This document shows, in pieces, positions 9,562 to 20,857 of a DNA stretch of 64,000 nt. The notes beneath the pieces were generated by a model that saw nothing but the letters and a program-made list of their open reading frames with translations, was not told the DNA's origin and did not search any database. Every line of letters begins with the position of its first letter. Within the stretch, counting starts at the first letter, position 1. Origin of the DNA: Patescibacteria group bacterium (lineage in GTDB: Bacteria; Patescibacteriota; Patescibacteriia; UBA10025; JAHIVO01); the NCBI GenBank assembly GCA_041660605.1, contig JBAZWB010000001.1, positions 137,295-201,294 on the forward strand, in the 5' to 3' direction. The translations under genes and the position numbers were made by a program.

Positions 9562-9729
9562 AGCTGATAGAATTATAACATAGTCGGCGGGTATTGGTAT
9601 TGACAAAAGCCAATGTCCATGCTAATATTGCCAGTTATTTCTCCACGCACTTTTTTATTTTCAAGTTAATCGAAGAAGTCAGGCTTCTTCGGCATTTTTT
9701 TCACAATTTTCAATTCTGGAGGCGGTGTT

Positions 9730-10386
9730 ATGAGTCTCAAGGTTCAGGCAGTATTGGCAAAGCCGGCAAGCGAAACCAGGCGTGGCCGCGTAGCTCATGG
9801 AGTGAACTACGGCAAGAATTACGTTTTCGTGGACAGCCATGCTTCACGTTGGAGCGATGGGGTCGGTGAATTCGCCATTAATCTCGATGGGCATGGGGAG
9901 GCGATCGATTATCAGGCAGTTTTGACCTGGCGTCCGGGCGAAGCAACTGATCGATACCTGGTGCCCCTGATACCTACCTCTGATGGCTTCGCGGTTCTCC
10001 CGGCTTTCAATATGCCGCATAGTGGGTACGATTTCCACTGCTACAGTTTTTGCGGCAGGATCGACCAGGGGGAGAGCAAGTCGCCGATGTATTTGCCTAT
10101 GTATCTGGTAGCTGTGTATAGCGACGGCTATGTACAGATCGATCGGTACGAAATTGACCGCGGCAACATTGTCAGCAACGGGGATATCCGTGTTATCAGA
10201 GTGAAAGAAGATCGCATCTATCAGTCGGCCCATGTGCAGACTAACACCCACCTGCTCCAGTTGGATTTGCCGGGCGCTACGTCAGCCATGGCAAAGTACA
10301 TCCTGGCAGCCTGGCAGACGGTTTGTGGTGATGCCCAGCCTGAAAGGGTTGGCAAGTCTCACCGACGCAGCAGAAATGCGGCCTGA
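9730..10386 (+). CDS. Hypothetical protein (218 aa), GC-rich
   Basis: Promoter-like TTGACA upstream, RBS GGAGG; overlapping antisense ORF 9844-10251 judged less likely; no motif recognised. Confidence 0.5.
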   Translation: MSLKVQAVLAKPASETRRGRVAHGVNYGKNYVFVDSHASRWSDGVGEFAINLDGHGEAIDYQAVLTWRPGEATDRYLVPLIPTSDGFAVLPAFNMPHSGYDFHCYSFCGRIDQGESKSPMYLPMYLVAVYSDGYVQIDRYEIDRGNIVSNGDIRVIRVKEDRIYQSAHVQTNTHLLQLDLPGATSAMAKYILAAWQTVCGDAQPERVGKSHRRSRNAA

Positions 10387-10477
10387 TGGTCGCCAACGGT
10401 CCGGTCTTAGCAATAAGATCGGACCGCCTTTTTTTAGTAGGTAATAAAAAGTTAAATGTTAATAGACTAATAGTATT

Positions 10478-10546
10478 ACGTTCTGCTCTATTGACCGAGA
10501 TTTCTCCGCTCCTCTTCGGCTACGCTCAGAGTCGGTCGAAATGACA
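10478..10546 (+). repeat. Solo copy of the structured repeat family (acgtt..tgct...cgagatttctcc-N-tcggtcgaaatgaca) also present at 25.3, 26.0 and 29.6 kb
   Basis: About 52 nt nearly identical to 25297-25346 and 25469-25520. Confidence 0.8.
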
Positions 10547-10612
10547 ATCGTTCAGCCATATAATAAAGGTAACTGTTTGAAAGGCACTTGTCCGGGGTAC
10601 TCCTATTATCTC

Positions 10613-10641
10613 TTGACCGATCTTGACACGGGGTGTATAAT
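10613..10641 (+). promoter_or_regulatory. Sigma70-like promoter TTGACC-N17-TATAAT upstream of uvrA
   Basis: Read directly; exact 17-nt spacer. Confidence 0.5.
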
Positions 10642-10678
10642 GGCTTTCGTATCTTTAACCTGTGGATATTTTTTTATA

Positions 10679-13522
10679 ATGAAAAATAGTGTAGACAAAA
10701 TAATAATTCGCGGTGCCCGGGTGCACAACCTGAAGAATATTGACGTTGACATACCGCGCGATAAATTAGTGGTGATCACCGGCATCTCCGGTTCAGGAAA
10801 ATCATCACTGGCTTTTGATACTATTTATGCTGAAGGCCAGCGTCGGTATGTGGAATCCCTTTCCGCTTATGCCCGGCAGTTTTTAGGCTTAATGGACAAG
10901 CCGGATGTTGATTTGATTGAGGGCTTGTCGCCCGCCATTTCCATTGATCAGAGATCTACTTCGCATAACCCCCGGTCCACCGTCGGCACAGTAACGGAGA
11001 TATATGATTACCTGCGATTGTTATTCGCTAGGGTGGGCAAGCCGCACTGCCCGCAATGCGGCCGGCTGGTCAACAAGCAGTCTATTGAGCAGATTGCCGT
11101 TAGTGTTGCCAGCTTGGCGTCCGGATCCCAATTCATGATTTTAGCGCCGGTTATCCGCGACCAGAAAGGCGAGCACAAAAAAATTATTTCCGAAGTGCGC
11201 AAGGCCGGATACGTGCGCGTGCGCTTTGACAAGGAGATGTATTCGGTCGAGGAAGCGGAAGACCTGAGAGTAGATAAAAATAAAAAGCACAATCTGGAAG
11301 TGGTGGTTGACCGCCTGACCAATGATGGCAGCCTGGATAAAAAGAGGCTGAATGAGTCATTGGAAGCGGCGCTGGACCTGGGCGACGGCCTGGTTATCAT
11401 TCAGGTAAATGGAAAAAAGGAAGACCTGCTTTTTTCCCAGAATTATTCCTGCCCGCACTGCAATATCAGTTTGCCGCCGATTGAACCAAGAAATTTTTCA
11501 TTTAATAGCCCTCACGGCGCCTGCCCGGATTGCACCGGCCTGGGCACCCGCCTGGAAATAGATCCGCAGCTGGTCATTCCCAACCCCCGGCTGACTATTG
11601 CCGAGGGCGCCATCCGTCCGTGGTCCAGAACTTCCTCCAACCAGGCCTGGTATCTGCGGTTTCTGGAAGGCGTGGCCCAGGAGCATGGTTTTTCCCTGGA
11701 CGTACCGGTTGCAGATTTGACCAAGAAACAGCTGGACATGGTTTTAAACGGCACCGGCAACAAAGAATATACCATGGAATACTCCAGCGACCGGTTCAGC
11801 GGTGAATTCACCAGAAATTTCGAGGGCGTGATGCCGAACCTGATGCGCCGCTATAAGGAAACACAGTCAGATTATATACGGGCCGAGATTGAAAGGTACA
11901 TGCGCGTGCTGCTTTGCCCGACCTGCCACGGCAAGAGGCTGAAACCGGAAGCGCTGTCAGTTAAAATTGCCAATATCTCCATTGCCGACGTCGCCGCCAT
12001 GACGGTTGACCTGGCGCGCGGGTTTTTTAATACCCTGAAGCTGGAAACAACCAAGGAAAAAGCCATTGCCAAGCAGATCCTGAAAGAAATCTCCGCGCGC
12101 CTCACTTTCCTGCACAACGTCGGTCTTGATTATTTAAGCCTGGACCGGGCGGCCCAGACTTTAGCCGGCGGCGAAGCCCAGCGCATCCGTTTGGCTACCC
12201 AGATCGGCTCTTCTTTAGTTGGCGTGGTTTATATATTAGACGAGCCTTCCATCGGACTTCACCAGCGCGACAATGAAAAATTGATCAGCACTTTAATTGC
12301 TTTGAAAGAATTGGGCAATACCGTAATAGTCGTTGAACACGATGAGGGCACTATTTTAGCTTCGGATTACGTTATTGATATCGGTCCGGGCGCTGGCGAG
12401 CACGGCGGCAAAGTTGTGGCCTGCGGCACTCCGATAGAATTGAAAAAAAACAAGAATTCCCTGACCGGGGCGTACTTATCCGGCCGCAAAAAAATCGTCG
12501 CGCCGAAAAAATACCGCCCGGGCAACGGCAAGAACCTGACTATCCGCGGCGCCAGCGAATTCAACCTGAAAAATATTGACGTGAAAATTCCCCTGGGCAA
12601 ATTTGTCTGCATCACCGGCGTTTCCGGCTCGGGCAAATCCACATTAATGACGGAAATTCTGGCGAAATCTTTATCCCAAAAATTTTACCAATCCAAGGAC
12701 GTGCCGGGAAAGCACAAAGCCATAGACGGCACGGAAAATCTTGATAAGGTCATTAATATCGACCAGTCGCCGATCGGCCGCACGCCCCGCTCCAACCCCG
12801 CCACTTATACCGGCGTTTTTACCTATATCCGGGATTTGTTCTCGCAGGTGCCGGAAGCCCGCATCCGCGGCTATTCTCCGGGACGCTTCAGCTTCAACGT
12901 CGTGGGCGGACGCTGTGAAGCCTGCCAGGGCGACGGTTTAGTCAAAATAGAAATGCAGTTCCTGCCGGATGTCTATGTGGAATGCGAAGAATGCAAGGGC
13001 CGGCGCTACAACCAGCAGGCCCTGGAAATTCATTATAAAAGCAAGAATATTTCCGAGATCCTTAATATGACGGTGGAAGAGGCGATGGAATTTTTTGAGA
13101 ATCTGCCGCCGATCCATAATAAGCTAAAAACTTTGCACGAAGTCGGTTTGGGCTATATCCATCTCGGCCAGTCAGCCACGACCTTATCCGGCGGCGAAGC
13201 CCAGCGCATCAAGCTGGCGACTGAATTATCCCGCCGTGCGACGGGCAAGACTTTGTATATCCTGGATGAGCCGACCACCGGCCTGCACTTCGAGGACGTG
13301 AAAAGGCTGTTAAACGTTTTAAACAAGCTGGTGGACAAGGGCAATACGGTGCTGGTGATTGAGCATAACCTGGACGTTATCAAGTCCGCTGACTGGATAG
13401 TTGATCTGGGACCGGAAGGCGGGAGCAAGGGCGGGGAAATCGTGGCTCAGGGCACACCGAGGGAAGTAGCTAAAGTAAAAAAAAGCTATACCGGTTACTT
13501 CCTACAAGGCATGCTGGATTAG
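10679..13522 (+). CDS. uvrA: Excinuclease ABC subunit A (start at [14 protein letters not shown]; the track ORF starts 46 codons earlier at an ATG inside the repeat)
   Basis: Two ABC ATPase modules with Walker [13 protein letters not shown] / [10 protein letters not shown], zinc-finger cysteine pairs (CPQC, CPTC, CEAC), LSGGE signatures. Confidence 0.95.
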   Translation: MKNSVDKIIIRGARVHNLKNIDVDIPRDKLVVITGISGSGKSSLAFDTIYAEGQRRYVESLSAYARQFLGLMDKPDVDLIEGLSPAISIDQRSTSHNPRSTVGTVTEIYDYLRLLFARVGKPHCPQCGRLVNKQSIEQIAVSVASLASGSQFMILAPVIRDQKGEHKKIISEVRKAGYVRVRFDKEMYSVEEAEDLRVDKNKKHNLEVVVDRLTNDGSLDKKRLNESLEAALDLGDGLVIIQVNGKKEDLLFSQNYSCPHCNISLPPIEPRNFSFNSPHGACPDCTGLGTRLEIDPQLVIPNPRLTIAEGAIRPWSRTSSNQAWYLRFLEGVAQEHGFSLDVPVADLTKKQLDMVLNGTGNKEYTMEYSSDRFSGEFTRNFEGVMPNLMRRYKETQSDYIRAEIERYMRVLLCPTCHGKRLKPEALSVKIANISIADVAAMTVDLARGFFNTLKLETTKEKAIAKQILKEISARLTFLHNVGLDYLSLDRAAQTLAGGEAQRIRLATQIGSSLVGVVYILDEPSIGLHQRDNEKLISTLIALKELGNTVIVVEHDEGTILASDYVIDIGPGAGEHGGKVVACGTPIELKKNKNSLTGAYLSGRKKIVAPKKYRPGNGKNLTIRGASEFNLKNIDVKIPLGKFVCITGVSGSGKSTLMTEILAKSLSQKFYQSKDVPGKHKAIDGTENLDKVINIDQSPIGRTPRSNPATYTGVFTYIRDLFSQVPEARIRGYSPGRFSFNVVGGRCEACQGDGLVKIEMQFLPDVYVECEECKGRRYNQQALEIHYKSKNISEILNMTVEEAMEFFENLPPIHNKLKTLHEVGLGYIHLGQSATTLSGGEAQRIKLATELSRRATGKTLYILDEPTTGLHFEDVKRLLNVLNKLVDKGNTVLVIEHNLDVIKSADWIVDLGPEGGSKGGEIVAQGTPREVAKVKKSYTGYFLQGMLD

Positions 13523-13606
13523 CTAGCTATTTATATTTTTAAAATCACCCCTTATCTTTTTGACAAGGCGGGCTTATTGTATTAAGATTCCGGTAATGGA
13601 TTTTTA

Positions 13607-13954
13607 ATGGAGGTATGGAGTATGTTCTTTGCAGCGATTGGTTTAGCCGCTTTAATTTCCTGCGTGGTGGCTATGTATAGGGACCAGAGTAAAATAATGG
13701 GGATTCTTCTGATATTTGCAATTGTGGCGACGGTGGTATTTTCATTCTGGGATGACCTGTATTTTTTACTGGTAATGTTCAACTATAAGGCACCGGAGGC
13801 AGCTATTATTTCAGTGGTGGTATCAGGTTTTTCCGTTATGTCGCTGGTGGCGCTGCGGCTTTACAACCAATCACGTGAGACGCGTCTGGTTGGCGGACTG
13901 GTTTCGCAGGTGTTCCTTTCTATTGCTTTCGTTTTTTTGCGCGCGGCAGTTTGA
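13607..13954 (+). CDS. Small integral membrane protein (about 4 TM), hypothetical
   Basis: Hydrophobic segments; promoter-like TTGACA-N17-TAAGAT upstream. Confidence 0.5.
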   Translation: MEVWSMFFAAIGLAALISCVVAMYRDQSKIMGILLIFAIVATVVFSFWDDLYFLLVMFNYKAPEAAIISVVVSGFSVMSLVALRLYNQSRETRLVGGLVSQVFLSIAFVFLRAAV

Positions 13955-13983
13955 AATTAACTGCCCATTCGGTCAGATTATCG

Positions 13984-14012
13984 GGGACGACTTGTATCGT
14001 CCTCTTTTTTTT
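13984..14012 (+). terminator. Rho-independent terminator (GGGACGA-cttgta-TCGTCC plus T9)
   Basis: GC-rich stem followed by a run of T immediately after the 13607-13954 gene. Confidence 0.6.
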
Positions 14013-14032
14013 ATCCTCACTATATATCACCG

Positions 14033-14059
14033 TAGAAGCTAAATAGGATTTAGCTTCTA
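14033..14059. repeat. Perfect 12-bp-arm palindrome TAGAAGCTAAAT-agg-ATTTAGCTTCTA, related to the 17.9 kb palindromes
   Basis: Shares the GCTAAAT-AGG-ATTTAGC core and the following ctacgcgg with the 17900/17961 elements. Confidence 0.6.
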
Positions 14060-14148
14060 CGCGGCGGGGTATGTAAGTGGAGGAGAATAAAAAAGAGGGC
14101 ACCTCATAGAGGGTCCTCTGGTTTTCGTTAGACATAATGAATGGGCTG

Positions 14149-14448
14149 TTACGGCGTGGCCTTTGCCTTGGGATCGCGGAAAGGGAGATCCCGTGACTGA
14201 CAAAAACCCCGGAGAAATTCGTAGAACCTGTCTTCGTCATCCTCATGCACGCTTGCTTTAATGTGCCAACCGCTTGGATGATTGTAGTAGCTGTCAACGG
14301 CCTTAATCCTTCTAATACCCTCGCGGCCACCCTCAACAGCGAATGCCTGGCCGAACTCCATTATGAATTCTCCGAAGTACTTCTCGGGAATGACCACCTC
14401 CAACCTGATGTGGCGCGAGTAAATGCTTACCTCGCTTTGATCCGACAT
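14149..14448 (-). CDS. Hypothetical protein (99 aa)
   Basis: ORF only; overlaps the alternative frame 13920-14336; weak call. Confidence 0.3.
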   Translation of the reverse strand: MSDQSEVSIYSRHIRLEVVIPEKYFGEFIMEFGQAFAVEGGREGIRRIKAVDSYYNHPSGWHIKASVHEDDEDRFYEFLRGFCQSRDLPFRDPKAKATP

Positions 14449-14561
14449 GACTATCCTCCACTTGTTGAATAGGTTAAAAATACTTTATTTTTTAAATTTA
14501 CTACTTTAATCGGCTGGTGTCAACACTTTTAATAAGGCCATGAAAAGGCTATAATATTCAC

Positions 14562-15485
14562 ATGACCGCAGTTGAAAAAGCTATTTTATCGGCTATTTGC
14601 TATTTTGATGTTTTCGACTATCCATTAACCCTGATGGAGATTTGGAAATGGCTTTTTTTCCAAGAGGGTGCGCAAAAAACAACTCTGGCAGAGGTTGAAG
14701 AAATTCTGCAGAGCAGCAAGTTATTGGGAGAAAAACTGGAAACAAAGAACGGATTTTATTTTTTGCGCGGCAGAGAGGAGATTGTTAATCGTCGGCTGGA
14801 GCGTTACCGTTTGGCAGAGGATAAATATGAGCGCGCCGTGAGAATCATAAAATATTTGCGCTGGATGCCTTTTGTTAAAATAATTGCCATTTGCAATACC
14901 CTCGCGTACAGCAACAGCCGCCGCGAGGGGGACATTGATTTATTCATCATTACCAGCCCGCGGCGGGTGTGGCAGGCGCGCTGGTGGGTGACCGGCTTTT
15001 TAAAACTTTTTAACCTGCGGCCAACCCTGCAAAAAACGCAGGACACTTTTTGCGCCAGCTTTTTCATTGATAAGAATAATCTTAACCTGGAAATTTTTAA
15101 AGTCGCCGACGATATTTACCTGCCGTATTGGATCGTCCAGCTGTATCCGGTTTATGACGAGGGCTTATATAATGATTTCGAAACCCAAAACGCCTGGGTG
15201 CGCAAAAAAATTCCGAATTGGATCCCGGCCAGCACTGTGCCCCGGCGCACTGTTGCTCCCGCCGGCTGGTTGAAAAGCGTTTATACCGGATTTTTCACTT
15301 TACTGCCGGAGAGTTTTTTCAAGAAACAACAGATGCACATTATGCCAGAAAAACTTAGGGAGGCGGCTAATAAAGATACCCGCGTAATTATTAACGACGG
15401 TGTTTTAAAATTTCACGATAACGACCGGCGCCGCCTTTATTATGAAAGCTGGAAAAAAAGACTTAATCAAGCTTATGGCCAGTAA
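14562..15485 (+). CDS. Hypothetical protein with a possible nucleotidyltransferase-fold motif (SNSRREGDIDLFII)
   Basis: GS...DxD-like motif; otherwise unrecognised; 307 aa. Confidence 0.45.
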   Translation: MTAVEKAILSAICYFDVFDYPLTLMEIWKWLFFQEGAQKTTLAEVEEILQSSKLLGEKLETKNGFYFLRGREEIVNRRLERYRLAEDKYERAVRIIKYLRWMPFVKIIAICNTLAYSNSRREGDIDLFIITSPRRVWQARWWVTGFLKLFNLRPTLQKTQDTFCASFFIDKNNLNLEIFKVADDIYLPYWIVQLYPVYDEGLYNDFETQNAWVRKKIPNWIPASTVPRRTVAPAGWLKSVYTGFFTLLPESFFKKQQMHIMPEKLREAANKDTRVIINDGVLKFHDNDRRRLYYESWKKRLNQAYGQ

Positions 15486-16812
15486 ACTGGAAAAAATCGT
15501 CAGCTACGCCTTTTACCTGTTTATTTTTTTATTGCCCTGGCAGACGCGGTGGATATGGCATCAGGGTTTTCTTAACGGCGGGGCGTGGGAATACGGCACG
15601 CTCAGCCTGTACGGAGTGGATATTCTTTTTGTCCTGATATTTCTGGTTAGTATCTTTTTACCGCGGCCAAAAAAGCCGAGACACGGTGTCTTTTTAATGA
15701 TCATCGCCGGTCTAGCGCTGGTCAGTTTTATTTCCATAATTTATTCGCAGAACCGCGAAGTTTCCTGGTATTATTTCCTTAAACTGGCAGAGGCGGTACT
15801 ATTGGTTGTTTATGTTTTGCGCCAGCCGCTGCACTGGAGAAAAATAAGCCTGGCTTTTATTTCTGCCGGAGTCATCCAGGCCGTGCTGGGCATTTACCAG
15901 TTTTTTACCCAGAGCGTCTTCGCCTCCAAATGGCTGGGCATGGCCGCCCAGTCGCCTGACCAGATAGTTGGGGAGTCAGTGGTGGCCACTTCCGCCGGAC
16001 GGTGGTTGCGCGCCTACGGTTCTTTTCCGCATCCCAACATACTGGCCGGCTTCCTGGTGGTCTGCCTGATTTTTTTGATCGGCTACCTGTTCATCATCAG
16101 GGCGCATTTACGCGTCCGCGTCTGGCAGATAGTGCTGACGGTCAGCGCCTTTGTGGTGACGGCTTTCGGCTTGATTCTGACCTTTTCGCGCGCGGCCTGG
16201 CTGGTATTCGGTGTTTGCCTGCTCTTCTGCCTGCTGATCGCCTGGCTGCAGAAAAATAAATTCAGAGTGAGGATATTACTGGAGATTTTTGCCTGGCTGA
16301 TAATGCTGGCGGTTTTTAGTTATGTACAGCTGCCGGAATTGTGGCACACGCGCCTGACCGCCACTGGCCGTTTGGAAACCATGTCGTTAACGCAAAGAAC
16401 CGAGCAATATTCGCAGGCGGAAACGGTTTTGAATAAATACTGGACTTACGGCGCCGGACTGGGAAGCTACACTTATGCCCTTTATCAGAATCATTCATCG
16501 TTGGAGGCCTGGGATTATCAGCCAGTACATAATATTTACATTTTGGCAGCTGCAGAAATCGGGGTTTTTGGCGGCCTGCTGATTTTATTGTTGGCGATGG
16601 AATTTTTCCGGCAGGCTTTTGTTATTCACTGGAAAAAACTTGACGAGGACCAGTGGTTTTTCGTTTACACGATTGCTTTTTTGGCTTTGCTGCTGCTCGG
16701 GTTTTTTGACCATTATTTATGGACCATGTCATTTGGAGTGCTGTTTTTCTGGCTGATATTCGGTTTGTGGCTGAAGCGGTTGCGCAGAGTTACCGATAAA
16801 AGTCGGGATTAG
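15475..16812 (+). CDS. O-antigen ligase / Wzy-type polymerase-like polytopic membrane protein
   Basis: At least 10 TM segments; Wzy_C-like region (TFSRAAWL... and PVHNIYILAAAEIGVFGG, the H-N-x-Y-L ... E-x-G motif). Confidence 0.65.
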   Translation: MASKLEKIVSYAFYLFIFLLPWQTRWIWHQGFLNGGAWEYGTLSLYGVDILFVLIFLVSIFLPRPKKPRHGVFLMIIAGLALVSFISIIYSQNREVSWYYFLKLAEAVLLVVYVLRQPLHWRKISLAFISAGVIQAVLGIYQFFTQSVFASKWLGMAAQSPDQIVGESVVATSAGRWLRAYGSFPHPNILAGFLVVCLIFLIGYLFIIRAHLRVRVWQIVLTVSAFVVTAFGLILTFSRAAWLVFGVCLLFCLLIAWLQKNKFRVRILLEIFAWLIMLAVFSYVQLPELWHTRLTATGRLETMSLTQRTEQYSQAETVLNKYWTYGAGLGSYTYALYQNHSSLEAWDYQPVHNIYILAAAEIGVFGGLLILLLAMEFFRQAFVIHWKKLDEDQWFFVYTIAFLALLLLGFFDHYLWTMSFGVLFFWLIFGLWLKRLRRVTDKSRD

Positions 16813-16823
16813 TAATCCCGACT
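16801..16823. repeat. Palindrome AGTCGGGATTA-g-TAATCCCGACT overlapping the stop codon; a second copy lies at 18126-18148
   Basis: Perfect 11-bp arms; two copies in the window. Confidence 0.7.
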
Positions 16824-16836
16824 TAGAAAATAAAAA

Positions 16837-16862
16837 AACGGACAACCAAGGGGTTGTCCGTT
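16837..16862. terminator. Hairpin AACGGACAACC-aagg-GGTTGTCCGTT between convergent genes (possible bidirectional terminator)
   Basis: 11-bp perfect stem; weak T tract. Confidence 0.4.
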
Positions 16863-16880
16863 AATAGTTTGTGCTGTTTG

Positions 16881-17699
16881 TTAGAGCAATTGCTCATGCT
16901 CAAATATTCGTTGAATGAAGGCGTTTTTTGTTCTCATCAATCGGGTGATAGCCACCGCTTTATCGAGGAGATTCATGCGTTTGAAGACGCCATAGGTCAT
17001 TATGGTGGCGAGATCATAGCCGATTTCGTTCGGTTCACCACCCAGGTTTTCCAGCGGATATCGTTCGCTGTAAATCGCCGTGATTATCTTCTGGATGTCT
17101 TTTTGCCTGTGAGTGTCTCCTTGGCGCCCGGCGAAGAAAAAGGCTTTGCTGATCCACTCCTCAATGGCTGACGAAAGCAATTCGCGGATATTCTTTTCCG
17201 GTCTTATTTCACTGGAATTAGTGGGATACGCACGGAAATGTTTCATCATTATAATGATGATGGCGTCTGGCAGGTCTTTCTCAAACTTGGCGCGTTGTTT
17301 GAAATAGTTATCGCGCCAGACCGCCGCAAACATAAGCGCCACAGGCAGGGCATGAATAAAATCCGTAATATCCGGTTTATTCTCTCTGTCCTTTTCCGTT
17401 CTGCCAAACGGCTTCATCAAAGTTGCCATCCAGATATCGGCAGTGACGGGATTTTCCAGCAACACAGCCAGAATAGCTCTGGCGATCACCAGAGGATTCT
17501 TGCAGTTCAGGCAGGCTTCAAGAAATTTCTTCGGTCCTTCCACGGTTTCTTGCAGAGTGCAATTGCTTAGGGCGCCGAATGTCCAGCCCAACAGGGGATC
17601 TGGAGTGGCCGCATCCATTTTTGGAAATTCAACCACAGGTGAGCTTTGGTTGACCCGGAAAGAGCCATAAAGTACCTGGCTCACTAATTGTTCGTCCAT
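16881..17699 (-). CDS. Hypothetical protein (272 aa)
   Basis: ORF only. Confidence 0.45.
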   Translation of the reverse strand: MDEQLVSQVLYGSFRVNQSSPVVEFPKMDAATPDPLLGWTFGALSNCTLQETVEGPKKFLEACLNCKNPLVIARAILAVLLENPVTADIWMATLMKPFGRTEKDRENKPDITDFIHALPVALMFAAVWRDNYFKQRAKFEKDLPDAIIIIMMKHFRAYPTNSSEIRPEKNIRELLSSAIEEWISKAFFFAGRQGDTHRQKDIQKIITAIYSERYPLENLGGEPNEIGYDLATIMTYGVFKRMNLLDKAVAITRLMRTKNAFIQRIFEHEQLL

Positions 17700-17897
17700 T
17701 TTTTGCTCCTTTCGAAGCGTGACTCTTCCTTTCGGAATAGCTGCGTCCCTTTCGGGCGCGATGGTTATAAGGTACAGTGAATTTGTAAACGTGCGTTAGC
17801 TAAACTTAATGCGATTGGCTGATATTGTCAAGTAATAATTATTGCCCCATCCGCATTTCCTGGTAAATCACTTGAATGACAATTTATGCAAGAAAAG

Positions 17898-17990
17898 CGG
17901 CTAATAAATAGGGATTTATTAGCTACGCGATATTATAACGTATCTGCTTCCAAAAAAACGGCTAATAAATAGGGATTTATTAGCTACGCG
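17898..17990. repeat. Two direct copies (17898-17929, 17959-17990) of cggCTAATAAAT-AGGG-ATTTATTAGctacgcg, each a perfect 10-bp-arm palindrome
   Basis: Read directly; lies in the divergent intergenic region between 16881-17699(-) and groES. Confidence 0.7.
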
Positions 17991-18125
17991 GATTTTTTCG
18001 TTGCGTCTATTTTTTAACCGTGTGAAGTCCAAATTTATTTGGGCTTACGTGTTTCTCCATATCTAAGCTAAGTCATCTCACGCTTAAGCGCGGGTAGGGC
18101 AGGCAATTAATTAGCAAACCTGCAA

Positions 18126-18148
18126 AGTCGGGATTATTAATCCCGACT
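18126..18148. repeat. Palindrome AGTCGGGATTA-t-TAATCCCGACT (second copy)
   Basis: Same element as 16801-16823. Confidence 0.7.
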
Positions 18149-18189
18149 CAAACTCCAAGAACTTGTGGATAACCTAATTATCGCTTGAC

Positions 18190-18218
18190 TTGACTTCGGA
18201 TATATCATTATATACAAT
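18190..18218 (+). promoter_or_regulatory. groESL promoter TTGACT-N17-TACAAT
   Basis: Read directly. Confidence 0.55.
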
Positions 18219-18230
18219 AAATACTACGAC

Positions 18231-18257
18231 TTAGCACTCTAAAGGTAAGAGTGCTAA
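18231..18257 (+). promoter_or_regulatory. CIRCE operator (HrcA binding site) TTAGCACTC-N9-GAGTGCTAA
   Basis: Perfect match to the CIRCE consensus, between the promoter and groES. Confidence 0.85.
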
Positions 18258-18310
18258 TTTAAGCCAAAAAATTAGTATCATTAGCTAAATAATCATTAAA
18301 AAGAAAAAAT

Positions 18311-18586
18311 ATGAATTTGAAACCATTGGGCGATAGAATAATCGTCAAGCCGGTAACCGAGGAAGAAGTGACTAAATCAGGCATTGTGCTGCCCGACACC
18401 GTTGAGAAAGAAAAAAAAGAAGAGGGCGAAGTGGTGGCTGTCGGCGACGGCGAAAAAATAAAAAAGCTGGGACTGAAAAAAGGCGACAAGGTTATTTTCG
18501 GCAAGTATTCCGGCGAAGAAGTAAAATTAGAAAAAATTGAGTATAAGGTTTTGAAAGAAGAAGACGTGCTGGCGAAGATTGAATAG
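18311..18586 (+). CDS. groES: Co-chaperonin GroES
   Basis: 91 aa, MNLKPLGDRIIVKP... canonical. Confidence 0.95.
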   Translation: MNLKPLGDRIIVKPVTEEEVTKSGIVLPDTVEKEKKEEGEVVAVGDGEKIKKLGLKKGDKVIFGKYSGEEVKLEKIEYKVLKEEDVLAKIE

Positions 18587-18738
18587 TTAGTGGTAAGTAG
18601 AAAGTTGTAGGAAGAAGGAAAAGAAGAAAGAAGTATGTAGAAAGTCTTATACCTAACATCCTTTTTCCAAACTTACTTCTTTAAACTTTAAACTAAAGAC
18701 CAATTTCGAAATTATACATTATTCATTATAAATCTTAA

Positions 18739-20400
<1,662 letters not shown>

Positions 20401-20857
20401 GAATTTCGGAAAACCCTTTTAGAAAGTGTTTTCCGATACCTTTCGCAAAATATTTGTATCGCTCGGTTCGGGACCCACGAGACCCGCAACCTCGCGATGA
20501 TCAGGAATAATAATCACCTGCACCTTTTAATATAAATTATAAACAAAGCTCCTGGTTTTCACTGGGAGTTTTGTTGTTTATGAAGGCGTTTGCGATTTAT
20601 TTAATTAAAAAAACCACTCCAAGGGGAGCGTTATAAAATTGATTGACAAACTACAATTTATTTGGTATCGTAAAAAACTTGCTCATTGACAAAGCAAGAC
20701 GCATCAAATATCGCGGCTAATGCCGTGCGGAGCAAGGTACCGAAGTCACGCCTTACTCCAGCGAAGGATTTCCCTTTGATAGATGCGCGACCTTACGGCT
20801 CACGTATTTCGGCCTACATGAAATAGGGTAGGAAGTTCAGGGTGAGAAGGAGGATTT

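Noticed and set aside
9844-10251. 135-aa antisense ORF overlapping the 9730-10386 gene
   Set aside because: It is shorter, has no RBS or promoter context, and lies opposite a longer ORF with good signals.
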